Assembly (NCBI GenBank): GCA_947627995.1
Contig: CANQYE010000002.1
Span: 8,444 to 72,443, forward strand
Reading direction: 5' to 3'
DNA from: an uncultured Bacilli bacterium
GTDB lineage: Bacteria > Bacillota_I > Bacilli_A > RF39 > UBA660
Length of the DNA stretch: 64,000 nt
In this document: one piece after another, positions 19,766-30,322 of the stretch
Layout of the letters: each line of letters starts with the position of its first letter
How positions within the stretch are numbered: the stretch's first letter is position 1
Notes under the pieces: model-generated
What the model saw: only the letters and a program-made list of their open reading frames with translations
Database searches by the model: none
What the model was told of the DNA's origin: nothing
Made by a program: the position numbers and the translations under genes

Positions 19766-21304
19766 CTATAAAATTATATTACTACCGATTCCTATCGGTA
19801 AACCTATTATATAAAATATAATGATAATTGCAAGTAAAATCAATCCAACTAAAAGGCTGAATGGTAAAATAAATTTTAATGATTTAAAGATACCAATAGG
19901 TGATTCTTCAGAATTATATTTTTGCATTAAAGCTAAATATATTACAAAATATGCAAGCAGTGGAGTAAGTCCCATTGTTACACATTCTCCAAATCTAAAT
20001 ACAATTTGAGTTATCTCAGGAGATAAGCCGGCTTTCATCATTACGGGCACTGCTGACCCAGATAGAATTGACCATTTTAAAATAGAAGATGGCACAAAAA
20101 TTGTAGAAATAGCAGATATAACAAACAAAGCAATAATTAATGGTATACTAGCAAAATCCATTTGAGATATTAAATTAGCAAATGAAGCGACTATTACTGT
20201 ACCGATTTCTGTTTTCTTAAAAATACTAATAAAAGTAGATGCGAAAAATATTAGTACTAGCGTTTTGCCAATTCCATCTAAAGAATGTCCAAAACAATCA
20301 CATACATCTTTATTATTTTTTATAGTCTTAGCTCCTATGCCATAGAAAAATCCTAAAATTACAAATAACATAGTTATTACAAAAACAAAACCATTACTAA
20401 AAAAAGAATTATAACTAAATAATTTATCTATATAATTTACTTGAGAATTATCAAGAAGCGCTCCAGAAAAAGGTAAACCAGGTATTATATTATAAACAAA
20501 AAATAAGAAATAAAGTATTGCTGCTCCAAGTCCAATTATTAAACCTCTTAAATGTCTTTTAGTTATTTTAAATTCTTTAATGTCTTTAGAATCATATGCT
20601 GCCATTTTTGGAGCAATAAAAGTTTCAGTTATAAAAGTTACTGCCAAAGAAACTAATATTATAGCAACTATCATTATAAATAAGAAAGCAAACGTATTTA
20701 TGTTATAACTCTTATCAAGTATTTTTGCCCCTAATATGGACGAACTTATTAATGAACTATCAATCGATGTAATAAATAAACTAAGGCCGCTTCCGCATGT
20801 TAAACCCGCAAAAGAAGCAATTAATCCAATTTGTGGATTTCTTTTACCATATAAGAAAAGCAAAGCGCTCAAAGGTAATATAACAACATATGCTATATCA
20901 CCTGCAATAGACGATAATACGCTTACCAATACGAGTAAAAAAGTAACAACATTTTTTCGACATAATTTAGTAATTAGCGTAAATGCAGTGCGTAGAAAAC
21001 CACTTTTTTCCATAATGCCAATTCCAATTAAAATAATAATTAAATAACTAAGTGGTGTAAAATTCACAAAATTAGATACAGTATTGCTAAAAATATATTT
21101 TAAACCACTAAGACTAAATAACGACTCAACGCTTACTAAAGTTTTTTCATAATCACCTGTTGTAGCATCGACAGTATTATAACTTGCTCCAACCCCAATT
21201 AGTGATAAAACTCCGCTTAACACAATAACAAAAAATATCATTACTAAAAACGACATTATTGGATGCAAAGTTATTTTCTCTTTTATTTTATTTATCTTTT
21301 TCAT
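19766..21304 (-). CDS. AbgT-family transporter (polytopic, ~12 TM)
   Basis: 512 aa. The N-terminus '...KITLHPIMSFLVMIFFVIVLSGVL' resembles the AbgT signature. A YfcC-like carrier is the alternative. Confidence 0.45.
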   Translation of the reverse strand: MKKINKIKEKITLHPIMSFLVMIFFVIVLSGVLSLIGVGASYNTVDATTGDYEKTLVSVESLFSLSGLKYIFSNTVSNFVNFTPLSYLIIILIGIGIMEKSGFLRTAFTLITKLCRKNVVTFLLVLVSVLSSIAGDIAYVVILPLSALLFLYGKRNPQIGLIASFAGLTCGSGLSLFITSIDSSLISSSILGAKILDKSYNINTFAFLFIMIVAIILVSLAVTFITETFIAPKMAAYDSKDIKEFKITKRHLRGLIIGLGAAILYFLFFVYNIIPGLPFSGALLDNSQVNYIDKLFSYNSFFSNGFVFVITMLFVILGFFYGIGAKTIKNNKDVCDCFGHSLDGIGKTLVLIFFASTFISIFKKTEIGTVIVASFANLISQMDFASIPLIIALFVISAISTIFVPSSILKWSILSGSAVPVMMKAGLSPEITQIVFRFGECVTMGLTPLLAYFVIYLALMQKYNSEESPIGIFKSLKFILPFSLLVGLILLAIIIIFYIIGLPIGIGSNIIL

Positions 21305-21500
21305 CTTGATTTATCACCTTTTTTAATTTTTTCATAAATTCTAAACGATCCATCATTATTTCTCTTCCACATTTTATACATCTTATTTTGATATCTGCAC
21401 CTGTTCTAGTAATAACAAATTCATTTGTTTGACAGGCATGTGGTTTCTTCATTATAACATAATCGCCTAGTTTAAAGCTATTTTGCATTATGCACCTCAA
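21288..21500 (-). CDS. DUF951 family protein (B. subtilis YyzM-like)
   Basis: 70 aa 'GDYVIMKKPHACQTNEFVITRTGADIKIRCIKCGREIMM', the DUF951 zinc-ribbon-like pattern. Confidence 0.6.
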   Translation of the reverse strand: MRCIMQNSFKLGDYVIMKKPHACQTNEFVITRTGADIKIRCIKCGREIMMDRLEFMKKLKKVINQDEKDK

Positions 21501-22269
21501 TTTGATTATATGGTATTTTTATTTTTTCTTTATCAAACTCGTGTTTTATTAAATAATTTATTAATCTTTTATATTGGAATGATTGTTGATAAGAGCAAGT
21601 AAGACTTAAACGAAATAACATTGCCGAAGAATCAAATTTTTCAATTCCTAAATATTCTAAATTGTTAATTTTCCAATTTTTATTTGTTTTAGCTCTTAAG
21701 ATAATCGTTTGAATTGTTTTTTCAACTTTTAAAACATCTTCTTCATAAGCAATAGGTATATCAATAAATGTTGTTGACTTCTCTTTAGAGTAATTAATTA
21801 TTTCAGTAACGCTTCGATTAGTAAATACTTTTATTTCTCCATTATAACTTTTAATTTTTGTACTTCTTAAACCAAATTCTATTACTTCACCAATAAAATT
21901 ATTATAATTTATATAATCACCTATTGAGTAATAATCATCAAATATTATGGTAATCCCACCAATAAAGTCTTTAATGGTATCCTGCAAAGCAAGGCCTAAA
22001 ACTAATGTCAATATCCCAAGACCAGCAATTAATGCTTTAACATTAATACCATATAAATCTAAGCAAATCAAAATAATTAAAACAAGCATTATATATTTTA
22101 TTATATTTTGTATTAGTCCAACTATTGTTGCTTTTCTTTTATTGTTAGAATGTCTATTATGTTTTAATATTTTATTTATAATAGACTTTAAAATAAAATA
22201 CAACAATATACCAATTATAACTATTACTATCGTTGCCCAAACTTCTCTTTTTAAGAAAAACGTCAACAT
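21478..22269 (-). CDS. Small-conductance mechanosensitive channel (MscS family)
   Basis: 263 aa. Three TM helices followed by an MscS beta-domain '...IGEVIEFGLRSTKIKSYNGEIKVFTNRSV'. Confidence 0.7.
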   Translation of the reverse strand: MLTFFLKREVWATIVIVIIGILLYFILKSIINKILKHNRHSNNKRKATIVGLIQNIIKYIMLVLIILICLDLYGINVKALIAGLGILTLVLGLALQDTIKDFIGGITIIFDDYYSIGDYINYNNFIGEVIEFGLRSTKIKSYNGEIKVFTNRSVTEIINYSKEKSTTFIDIPIAYEEDVLKVEKTIQTIILRAKTNKNWKINNLEYLGIEKFDSSAMLFRLSLTCSYQQSFQYKRLINYLIKHEFDKEKIKIPYNQIEVHNAK

Positions 22270-22273
22270 TTTA

Positions 22274-23170
22274 TCAATCCTTATCTAATTCAATATTTAA
22301 AATTTGTAAAATTCTTTCTAAATCTTTATCTGAATCAAATGGAATATCAATTTTTTTATTGCTAATCTTTACCTTTGTTCCAATTTTTTCTCTTAAAATT
22401 TTTTCGTAAATAGCATATTTTAGACTAGGTAACTCTTTTCTTTTTAATTTTACTCTTTTTGAAATATCTTCGCCACTTATTAATTTTTCAATATCTCTAA
22501 CAGATAAATGTTCTTTAATAACTTTACCTAAAATTTCTTCTTGTGTTTCATAACTTTCTATTTTGCTAATGGCACGAGCATGACTCATAGATATTTCGTT
22601 TTTTAAAATACTTTCTTGTACTTTATTGGATAAATTTAATAAGCCAAGCATATTAGTAATATAACTACGACTTTTGCCAAATTTTGTCGCTAACTCTTCT
22701 TGAGTAATACCATTTGTTTTAATTATAATATCATATGCTCGCGCTTCTTCTATAGCATTCAAATTTTCTCTTTGAATATTTTCAATTAAAGCAATTTCCA
22801 TCATTTGCTCATCATCAAAATCTCTTATGATTGCAGGAATTTTAGTAAAACCAGCAAGTTTAGCTGCCTTTGTTCTTCTCTCTCCAGCGACAAGTTCATA
22901 ACCTTTAATACTTTTTTTAACAATAATAGGTTCAATTATGCCGTGTTCTTTGATTGATAAAGAAAGTTCTTTTAATTTTTCTTCATCAAATGTTTTTCTT
23001 GGTTGGTATGGATTACTTCTAATTTCATTTAAAGGTATTTTTATAATATCTTGTTCCGTTGCATTTTTGACAATATTTTTTTCAAATTCATTAAAGTCTA
23101 AACGCTCATTAGTAAATAATTGTTCTAATCCTTTACCTAATGCTTTTCTTTTAGTTTCCACTTCTTTCAA
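22274..23170 (-). CDS. spo0J: Chromosome partitioning protein ParB/Spo0J
   Basis: 298 aa 'NPYQPRK...LVAGERR...IENIQRENL', with an HTH 'GKSRSYITNMLGLLNL'. Downstream of soj. Confidence 0.85.
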   Translation of the reverse strand: MKEVETKRKALGKGLEQLFTNERLDFNEFEKNIVKNATEQDIIKIPLNEIRSNPYQPRKTFDEEKLKELSLSIKEHGIIEPIIVKKSIKGYELVAGERRTKAAKLAGFTKIPAIIRDFDDEQMMEIALIENIQRENLNAIEEARAYDIIIKTNGITQEELATKFGKSRSYITNMLGLLNLSNKVQESILKNEISMSHARAISKIESYETQEEILGKVIKEHLSVRDIEKLISGEDISKRVKLKRKELPSLKYAIYEKILREKIGTKVKISNKKIDIPFDSDKDLERILQILNIELDKD

Positions 23171-23936
23171 TCACTTCCTTTGCTAAATTAAAGTAAGCTT
23201 CTGTAGCTTTACTTTTTGGATCATATTCACATATTGGTTTTCCATGGCTTGGAGCTTCTACTAGTCTTACGAGTCTTGGAATTATTGTATTAAAAACTTT
23301 ATCTTTAAAATATTTACGTACTTCTTCAACAACTTCTATTCCTAAATTAGTTCTTGCATCAAGCATTGTTAATAATACGCCACCTATCTTTAAATTAGGA
23401 TTTAATTCAGATTGAATCATTATAACTGAATTTAATAATTGTGTAATTCCCTCTAAAGCAAAAAATTCACATTGAACAGGAATAATAATGGAATCACTAG
23501 CAACCAGAGCATTATTAGTCAAAATACCTAATGTTGGCGGACAATCAATAATTATATAATCATAAAAATCTTTTATTCTTGAAAGTATATTTTTCAATTC
23601 TTCATATTGATTAAAATCATCATCAGTATAAAATTTTTTAATTAATTCAACGTCCAATCCGGCTAAAGATATTGTTGCAGGAATAACATCTAAATTTTTA
23701 AATTCCGTTTGAATAATAGCCTGTTCAATTTGACATTTTTCAGTTAAAACTTGATATATGTCATGTGGCATATCGCCTTTATTTAATCCAACACCAATAG
23801 AAGTATTACCTTGTGGATCTAAATCAATTAATAAAGTTTTCTTGTTCAATCTTCCTAAAGATGAAGCTAAATTTATACTTGTTGTCGTCTTGCCAACTCC
23901 ACCTTTTTGATTAACAAGAGAAATTATAGTTGCCAT
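23151..23936 (-). CDS. soj: ParA/Soj chromosome partitioning ATPase
   Basis: 261 aa with a deviant Walker A 'NQKGGVGKTTT'. Confidence 0.9.
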   Translation of the reverse strand: MATIISLVNQKGGVGKTTTSINLASSLGRLNKKTLLIDLDPQGNTSIGVGLNKGDMPHDIYQVLTEKCQIEQAIIQTEFKNLDVIPATISLAGLDVELIKKFYTDDDFNQYEELKNILSRIKDFYDYIIIDCPPTLGILTNNALVASDSIIIPVQCEFFALEGITQLLNSVIMIQSELNPNLKIGGVLLTMLDARTNLGIEVVEEVRKYFKDKVFNTIIPRLVRLVEAPSHGKPICEYDPKSKATEAYFNLAKEVIERSGN

Positions 23937-24017
23937 ACTACCACCTTTTTCATTTGTTTTCTACTATAATAGTTTATCATATTTCATCAAGTTTGTCTTT
24001 ATAAAATTAATGAAAAA

Positions 24018-24053
24018 AATGAAAATATAAAAAGGAGGATTAGTCCTCCTTTT
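24018..24053 (-). terminator. Intrinsic terminator of ftsH (stop codon lies in the hairpin loop)
   Basis: The minus strand reads AAAAGGAGGACUAAUCCUCCUUUU followed by UAUAUUUUC. Confidence 0.55.
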
Positions 24054-25917
24054 CAGTGTCATCTTCAATATTTTTAATGCTATTAATGTCTTTAGTTTCA
24101 ACTAATGCTTCTATTTGCTCTTTAGTAATTGTTTCATATTTCATTAAAGCTTCACTTATTAAAAGTACTAAATCTTTATTTTCTTTTAATATTGACTTTG
24201 CTTGAGCATAGCATTTATCAATTATTTTTCGTACTTCTTGATCTATTTCTAAAGCAACTTGATCAGAGAAATTTTTACTTTTTCCATAATCTCTACCTAA
24301 AAATACGCTTTCGCTAGGTGTTTCTAATTGCATTGGACCTAAATCACTCATACCATATTCCGTAACCATACTACGGGCTGTAGCAGTAGCACGTTTAAAG
24401 TCATCACTAGCCCCAGTTGTTGTTTCTTTCAAAAACATTTCTTCGCTAACTCTACCAGCTAATAATCCTGTAATACTTGATAACAATTCTTTTTTTGTCA
24501 TAATAGCAATTTTTTCTTCTTTTGGTAACATCATTGTATATCCGCCGGCCATACCTCTTGGAATAATTGTAATTTTATGAACCTCATTAGCATCTTCTAA
24601 TTTTAAACCAATTACTGCGTGTCCAGCTTCATGAATACTAACCAATTTTTTCTCTTTATCAGTAATTTTTCTACTTGTTTTAGCTGGCCCCAAAAGAACT
24701 CGATCTGTTGCCTCATCAATTTCTTCCATTGAAATTGCCTTTTTGTTTCTTCTAACCGCCAATAATGCAGCTTCATTTAATAAATTTTCTAAATCTGCTC
24801 CGCTAAATCCTGGCGTTCTACTTGCTACATTTGACAATTTAATATCGTCACTTAAAACTTTATTTTTTGCATGAACTTGTAAAATAGCTTCTCTTTCTTT
24901 TGAATCTGGTAAACTTACAGTAACTTGTCTATCGAAACGTCCAGGTCTTAATAAAGCTGGATCTAATACATCTGGTCTGTTAGTAGCAGCTATAATTATT
25001 ATACCTTCATTTTCACCAAAACCGTCCATTTCAGTTAATAATTGATTAAGAGTTTGTTCACGTTCATCATGGCCGCCGCCTAACCCTGTTCCACGTTGAC
25101 GTCCAACTGCATCAATTTCGTCAATAAATATTAAACATGGTGCACTTTGTTTTGCTTGTTTAAACATGTCTCTTACTCTACTAGCACCTACTCCAACGAA
25201 CAATTCAACAAAATCTGATCCAGAAATGTAATAGAAAGGAACGTTAGCTTCGCCTGCAACTGCTCTTGCTAATAAAGTTTTACCTGTTCCAGGAGGACCT
25301 ACTAATAAAACTCCTTTAGGGATTCTAGCACCTAACTTTTGGAATTTTTTAGGATTTTTTAAGAAGTCAATTAACTCTGCAACTTCTTCTTTTTCTTCTT
25401 TTAATCCAGCAACATTTTCAAACTTAACTTTTCCACCGCCATTTGAAAGTTTTGCTCGGCTGCGACCAAAATCCATTGATTTACTATTACCACCAGCAAC
25501 TTTAGAGAAAAACAAGAAACAAACTACAGCAAGTAATATTAATGGTAGTAAATTAATAATTAAATTAATAATCGAATTATTTTCCGGATTATTATCTGAT
25601 ACCACATCAAATCCTTGTTCATCTGCATAAACTAGTATTTTTTTCATTACAGTTTCTGAAAGTGGCACTTTTACTTTGAACATTTCTGTATCGCTATATT
25701 CTTTCAGTTTTCCTTCAATATAATAAATACCTGCATTTGATCTTTCAGAAATAGTTATTTTTTCAACTTGTTCATCGTTTAATTCATCCATTAATTCGTT
25801 ATATGTAAGCTCATTAACTTTATATCTAGATAAATTAAAGAAAAATAATGTCCCAATTATAACTATAGCTAATAATAAATATGGGAATACATTTTTATTA
25901 ATATTATTTTTTTTCAT
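24040..25917 (-). CDS. ftsH: ATP-dependent zinc metalloprotease FtsH
   Basis: 625 aa. AAA Walker A 'GPPGTGKT', SRH motif, zinc site 'HEAGHA', two N-terminal TM helices. Confidence 0.95.
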   Translation of the reverse strand: MKKNNINKNVFPYLLLAIVIIGTLFFFNLSRYKVNELTYNELMDELNDEQVEKITISERSNAGIYYIEGKLKEYSDTEMFKVKVPLSETVMKKILVYADEQGFDVVSDNNPENNSIINLIINLLPLILLAVVCFLFFSKVAGGNSKSMDFGRSRAKLSNGGGKVKFENVAGLKEEKEEVAELIDFLKNPKKFQKLGARIPKGVLLVGPPGTGKTLLARAVAGEANVPFYYISGSDFVELFVGVGASRVRDMFKQAKQSAPCLIFIDEIDAVGRQRGTGLGGGHDEREQTLNQLLTEMDGFGENEGIIIIAATNRPDVLDPALLRPGRFDRQVTVSLPDSKEREAILQVHAKNKVLSDDIKLSNVASRTPGFSGADLENLLNEAALLAVRRNKKAISMEEIDEATDRVLLGPAKTSRKITDKEKKLVSIHEAGHAVIGLKLEDANEVHKITIIPRGMAGGYTMMLPKEEKIAIMTKKELLSSITGLLAGRVSEEMFLKETTTGASDDFKRATATARSMVTEYGMSDLGPMQLETPSESVFLGRDYGKSKNFSDQVALEIDQEVRKIIDKCYAQAKSILKENKDLVLLISEALMKYETITKEQIEALVETKDINSIKNIEDDTEKED

Positions 25918-25931
25918 AAATATCTCTCCTT

Positions 25932-27266
25932 TTAATTATACTTTATTATTATATCATGTTTTTCGTTTTTTTCTTTATCAAATTTTGATTTTTTTACACC
26001 AGCTATCCATAATATCCTATTTTTGCTATCAGTAACAATAGGAATTGTATCTCTTTTATTTAATTCTATTTTATTATCTATAAAAATATCATTTATTTTT
26101 TTAGTGCCAGAAAGATTTTTTACAGCTATACGATCTCCATTTTGCCGATATCGAACTTTTAATGGCAACAATATTTCAGAAGAATCAAGTCTTAAAACAT
26201 AATTAGATTTTTCCTCACTTTTTTTTATTTTCTCTAATTTTTTACCATTATTTAATATTACCTTTTCTTGAAAAATAGTTATTGAATTGTTATGAAAAGT
26301 ATCAAATTTATTAAAATAAAGATTATTATAACTTTTAGTAATTACTAGACTTGGTAAATTTATTTTACTATTTTGCTTTTTGCTTTCAATTAATTTATAA
26401 ATTTCTTCAACATGTTTTTCATAAATAAGATAGATATTATCACCATATATATTATATAAAATTTCTTCAATTATGTATTGCTGCAATATTTTTTCTTGCA
26501 TTAGGAATTTATCTATTTTTAAAACACCATCTTTATAGACTTCTTCTAATTTTTGCATAGCCAATTTATAAATAAATTCGTAATGTTCATTTATAATATC
26601 ACTAAATTTTTTAAATTTCAAATGAACATTTTTATCTTCTTGCTTCAAAAAAGGCAAAATAGACTTCCGATAACGATTTCTTGTATACTTATTACTTGTA
26701 TTAGATTTATCTATAACATAAGGTATATCATTCTTTTTTAAATAATTTATTATTTCTTCTTTAGTTTTATTTATAAGAGGTCGATATAGTATATAATTGT
26801 CCCTTTTTGTTAGTTCCTTAAATCCTAAATATCCATAAAATCTACTGCCTCTTACCAACTTCATCAATATAGATTCTATTAAATCGTCTCCATGATGAGC
26901 AGTAAATAAAAAATTAGCATGGTATTTTTGAATTATTTTTTCAAAAAAATCATAACGAATATTTCTGGCTTCTTGATGAAAGTTATTTTCATTATATTTT
27001 TCAATTTTCAAATATTCATAAATTACGTTGTTTTCTTTGCAATATTTTTCAACAAATATGGCCTCTTCATCACTTTCTTTCCGAACATTATGATTAACAT
27101 GTGCAACAATTATTTTAATTGCTTTTGCTTTTCTAACTTGTATTAACAAATTAAGTAAGCACATAGAATCAGGCCCTCCTGAAACACAAGCAACTATTTT
27201 ATCATTATCATTTACTAAATTTATAATCTTTTTTATTATATTTTCCATATAAATCACCTTTTTCAT
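25932..27266 (-). CDS. tilS: tRNA(Ile)-lysidine synthetase
   Basis: 444 aa with the PP-loop 'ACVSGGPDSMCLL'. Located upstream of ftsH, as in B. subtilis. Confidence 0.85.
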   Translation of the reverse strand: MKKVIYMENIIKKIINLVNDNDKIVACVSGGPDSMCLLNLLIQVRKAKAIKIIVAHVNHNVRKESDEEAIFVEKYCKENNVIYEYLKIEKYNENNFHQEARNIRYDFFEKIIQKYHANFLFTAHHGDDLIESILMKLVRGSRFYGYLGFKELTKRDNYILYRPLINKTKEEIINYLKKNDIPYVIDKSNTSNKYTRNRYRKSILPFLKQEDKNVHLKFKKFSDIINEHYEFIYKLAMQKLEEVYKDGVLKIDKFLMQEKILQQYIIEEILYNIYGDNIYLIYEKHVEEIYKLIESKKQNSKINLPSLVITKSYNNLYFNKFDTFHNNSITIFQEKVILNNGKKLEKIKKSEEKSNYVLRLDSSEILLPLKVRYRQNGDRIAVKNLSGTKKINDIFIDNKIELNKRDTIPIVTDSKNRILWIAGVKKSKFDKEKNEKHDIIIKYN

Positions 27267-27981
27267 AAATAACTTTTTTTAGATACAGGCCTTCAGCGGG
27301 TGCTATTGAAGAAGAGATTTTTTTATTACAATTAATTAATTCTTCTATATATTTTAAATCTTTTTTATTTAATCCTACATCTACCAAGGCTCCGACTAAA
27401 TGCCTGACCATATATTTATAGAAACATTTGCCAACAAATATAATATTTATTTCTTCTTTTTTTCGAAATATTTTTATTTTATAAATTGCACTATTATAAT
27501 TATCTCTTTTTCCTGAAACAAAGTTTTGAAAATTATGATAACCAAGTAAAATTTTACTAGCTTTTTTCATCAATTTCAAATCCAGTTTATATGGAATATA
27601 CCATTTATAATCATCTGTAAATGCACTTCGCTTAGTTGTTATTTTATATAGGTATACTTTACTTCTTACATTAAATCTAGCGTGAAAATTATTTTTAACT
27701 TCTATACATCTAGTTATATAAATATGCTCAAGTCTTTTATTTAACATATATTTTAATTTATCAGCCGGAAGAAAAAAATTCAAATCAAAATGGGCAGCTT
27801 GATTTATTGCGTGAACTAATGCATCTGTTCTACCTGATCCTTTAATAAATGTTTTTTCTTTATTTATTTCACTTATTGCTTCTTCTAATTTCTGTTGGAC
27901 AGATGCTTTATCCTTTTGTCTTTGAAATCCGTTAAAATGACTTCCATCATACTCAAAAAAAATTAAATATCTATAAGACAT
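27208..27981 (-). CDS. truA: tRNA pseudouridine(38-40) synthase TruA
   Basis: 257 aa 'IFFEYDGSHFNGFQRQ...GSGRTDALVHA' with the catalytic Asp motif. Confidence 0.85.
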   Translation of the reverse strand: MSYRYLIFFEYDGSHFNGFQRQKDKASVQQKLEEAISEINKEKTFIKGSGRTDALVHAINQAAHFDLNFFLPADKLKYMLNKRLEHIYITRCIEVKNNFHARFNVRSKVYLYKITTKRSAFTDDYKWYIPYKLDLKLMKKASKILLGYHNFQNFVSGKRDNYNSAIYKIKIFRKKEEINIIFVGKCFYKYMVRHLVGALVDVGLNKKDLKYIEELINCNKKISSSIAPAEGLYLKKVIYEKGDLYGKYNKKDYKFSK

Positions 27982-28768
27982 CTCGATACACCGCTTTTAT
28001 TAAATCTAAAAGATTATCATAATAATTCATTTTAATACCTTTTTTTTGTAACAAATGGACAAATTCCACTATTTCAGGTATATCTATATACTTTGAAATA
28101 TTTTTGTCGTATATATAATTTTGATTTCTTTTTTTTATATTATCTTTTGATAATATGTATATATTATCAACAAAATTTAAAAGGAAATTACTATTATTAG
28201 TAATTATAATAAATGTTTTATTAAACTTATTTTTGAGTTTTTTTATAAGTAACTGTAAATTCTTTTTTTCTATTTCGTTAAAATGATTATCAAAATGATC
28301 AAAAACTATAATTTGAGGATTTAAAATTAAAGTTGATGCCAATAAAATTTTTTTTACTTCATTTAATGATATATCACTAAATTTTTGGGTTAAAATGTCT
28401 TCTCTCAAACCAACCATTTTTAAAGCATCTAATATCTTTTTTTCACTAACTGTTTTTCTAGAATTTTTTTTGCAGTATAATTTTAAAAATGTGTACACTG
28501 AATAGGAAAGGTTATACTTTGTAATATCATCAAATAATACACAAACTTTTTCATTTAACAAAGAATAGTCTGTTTTTATAGAGTCTTTATTTAATTGTAA
28601 ATCATCTATTAAAATCTCCCCTGATTCAATATTAATATTTCCTGCTAAAACATCTGCAATAATATTTGCTTTTTCACCAATTATTCCATTTATTTTATTA
28701 TCTTCAATTTCAAAGTTAAGCTCATTTTTATAATCACTTATTTTTAAACATTTAAATTTTATTTCCAT
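27971..28768 (-). CDS. Degenerate ABC/ECF-type ATPase-like protein (EcfA-like fold, all catalytic motifs lost)
   Basis: 265 aa aligning to the ABC NBD layout with substitutions. Walker A becomes 'GIIGEKANIIADVLAG', the signature becomes 'ISLNEVKK', Walker B/D-loop becomes 'IIVFDHFDNHFN' and the H-loop becomes 'IIITNNSNF'. The EcfA-like C-terminal tail is retained. Sits in the conserved ecfA-ecfA'-(ecfT)-truA position. Confidence 0.5.
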   Translation of the reverse strand: MEIKFKCLKISDYKNELNFEIEDNKINGIIGEKANIIADVLAGNINIESGEILIDDLQLNKDSIKTDYSLLNEKVCVLFDDITKYNLSYSVYTFLKLYCKKNSRKTVSEKKILDALKMVGLREDILTQKFSDISLNEVKKILLASTLILNPQIIVFDHFDNHFNEIEKKNLQLLIKKLKNKFNKTFIIITNNSNFLLNFVDNIYILSKDNIKKRNQNYIYDKNISKYIDIPEIVEFVHLLQKKGIKMNYYDNLLDLIKAVYRDVL

Positions 28769-29256
28769 AAAGTATTTATCAGCTCCTCACTATTAAGGTA
28801 TAATTTATCAATCAAGCCATAATAATTTAATTGAATTGATAAATCAATTATAAAAGGCAATTTAATTCCTAATCTTTTAAGTATCTTTTCTTCTTTTAAA
28901 ACTGATAGCGTAGGCCCTTCAATAGCGATTTTATTTTTATTTAATACAATTAAATAATCACTAAACATTATTTCTTCATTATTTGAAGATGTATAAACAA
29001 GTTTTTTCTTTTTTTGTTTTAAAGTGTTAAATAATATTTGCTTTTCTCGTTTATTCAAATAAAGTAGGCAATCATCAATAAAAAATCTATCATAATTCGC
29101 ACATAATTTTTTAAAATTGTTTAAATCAAAACTGAAATTATTAAAAAAGAAATAAGAATTTTTTTGAGTATAAAATTCATTAGATATAAATTCCTTTAAA
29201 TTAGAATCAGTACCAATAATACAAATAGATTTATATTCATTAAATATATTTGCCAT
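28759..29256 (-). CDS. Truncated, degenerate EcfA-like ATPase remnant
   Basis: 165 aa. A residual signature region 'LNKREKQ', an H-loop-like 'LVYTSS', and a C-terminal 'ILKRLGIKLPFIIDLSIQL' typical of the EcfA C-terminus. No Walker A and no RecA-like core. Overlaps the next gene by 10 nt. Confidence 0.4.
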   Translation of the reverse strand: MANIFNEYKSICIIGTDSNLKEFISNEFYTQKNSYFFFNNFSFDLNNFKKLCANYDRFFIDDCLLYLNKREKQILFNTLKQKKKKLVYTSSNNEEIMFSDYLIVLNKNKIAIEGPTLSVLKEEKILKRLGIKLPFIIDLSIQLNYYGLIDKLYLNSEELINTLWK

Positions 29257-29349
29257 AATATCACCCGTTTCATATTATTATACAAAAAATATAAAAAATA
29301 GCAATAAATATAAATAAAAATATTGATTCTTATAATCAATATTTTATTA

Positions 29350-29589
29350 TCAAACTAACCTTGTTGTTTTTCCCAATGATTTAACACTTTTTTGAGTTTT
29401 TTTATTTTGCTCTTTTCGAAATTCGATATAAGTGGAATTGTTTAGCACATCATCTTTTGAAATTAATCCCAATTTTAATTCATCGAGTAATATGCGTATT
29501 TCAATCATTTGCGCAGCTTTTTTTATAGCTAAAGTCGCAGAAGAAATCCTATCTCTTAAAGTTCCTAAATTCATATCAGAGTAATTCAT
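29350..29589 (-). CDS. Hypothetical small protein (79 aa)
   Basis: An ORF with RBS GGAGGAAAAT upstream. Predicted helical, no recognised motif. A palindromic terminator-like element lies downstream at about 29300-29335. Confidence 0.3.
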   Translation of the reverse strand: MNYSDMNLGTLRDRISSATLAIKKAAQMIEIRILLDELKLGLISKDDVLNNSTYIEFRKEQNKKTQKSVKSLGKTTRLV

Positions 29590-29650
29590 ATTTTCCTCCT
29601 TTGAAAAAATATTATAAATATAACAAAATTATTAGTCAACAAATATTTAA

Positions 29651-29683
29651 TTCAAATAAAAACCTAAACGTTAAATTTAGGTT
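29651..29683 (-). terminator. Intrinsic terminator after divIC
   Basis: The minus strand reads AACCUAAAUUUAACGUUUAGGUU followed by UUUAUUUG. Confidence 0.45.
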
Positions 29684-29690
29684 ATTAAAA

Positions 29691-29981
29691 TTATTCTACT
29701 ATTCTAATTATTTTTTCGCCATCCTTAGAAAAAAGATAATTTTCTTTTGCATATTTGGCAATATATTCAGGATCTTCAAGTTTATTTGCTTCAGCTTCTA
29801 AACTTTCCTCTTTTTGAATTAATTCGTGATACTCACTTGTCAATTTTTTAGTTTGCTTAATATTATCAAAGATTTGTGTCCAATAATTGAATAGTGATAT
29901 CGATAAAAAAGTTACTAAACTAAATAAAATAACAAAAACAAAAACCATACGCCGTTTTGCTTTTTTGCTAATGCTTTTCAT
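29691..29981 (-). CDS. divIC: Septum formation initiator (DivIC/FtsB family)
   Basis: 96 aa. N-terminal TM helix, coiled coil 'ESLEAEANKLEDPEYI', and the yabP-yabQ-divIC order as in B. subtilis. Confidence 0.55.
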   Translation of the reverse strand: MKSISKKAKRRMVFVFVILFSLVTFLSISLFNYWTQIFDNIKQTKKLTSEYHELIQKEESLEAEANKLEDPEYIAKYAKENYLFSKDGEKIIRIVE

Positions 29982-30007
29982 AATATCACCTACTATTAAT
30001 TAGTATA

Positions 30008-30322
30008 TCATTTTGATTTTTTTTTCGCAATAGATAGCTTTAATTTGACATTTTTTATTAACACTTTTACTTTTTTATATGAAAGCAAATAACCAATAAT
30101 CACCATAAAAATAAAGTAAATATGGAATATTCCTCCATTAATTTTTAAAATTAATAACATATAAAGTAAAACTATGTCAATTATAAAAATAAGATTAAAA
30201 AATATTTTATAAAAAACATTTTTACTAAAAATATATTTATAGTTCAAATTAGTTAATATGGAAAAAAATATACCAAATATAAAAGATGATATTAAAGATA
30301 AAAGCTGTATATATGTATGCAT
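30008..30322 (-). CDS. yabQ: Spore cortex biosynthesis protein YabQ-like membrane protein
   Basis: 104 aa, 3 TM helices, 'INGGIFHIYF' resembling the YabQ N-G-x-R-x-Y motif. Immediately downstream of yabP. Confidence 0.45.
   Translation of the reverse strand: MHTYIQLLSLISSFIFGIFFSILTNLNYKYIFSKNVFYKIFFNLIFIIDIVLLYMLLILKINGGIFHIYFIFMVIIGYLLSYKKVKVLIKNVKLKLSIAKKKSK

Noticed and set aside
14905-23186. Other antisense ORFs (14905-15183, 18861-19097, 19419-19661, 19821-20009, 20736-21047, 21947-22288, 22938-23186)
   Set aside because: They overlap ychF, the AbgT-like gene, mscS, spo0J and the DUF2207 gene on the opposite strand. No independent support.
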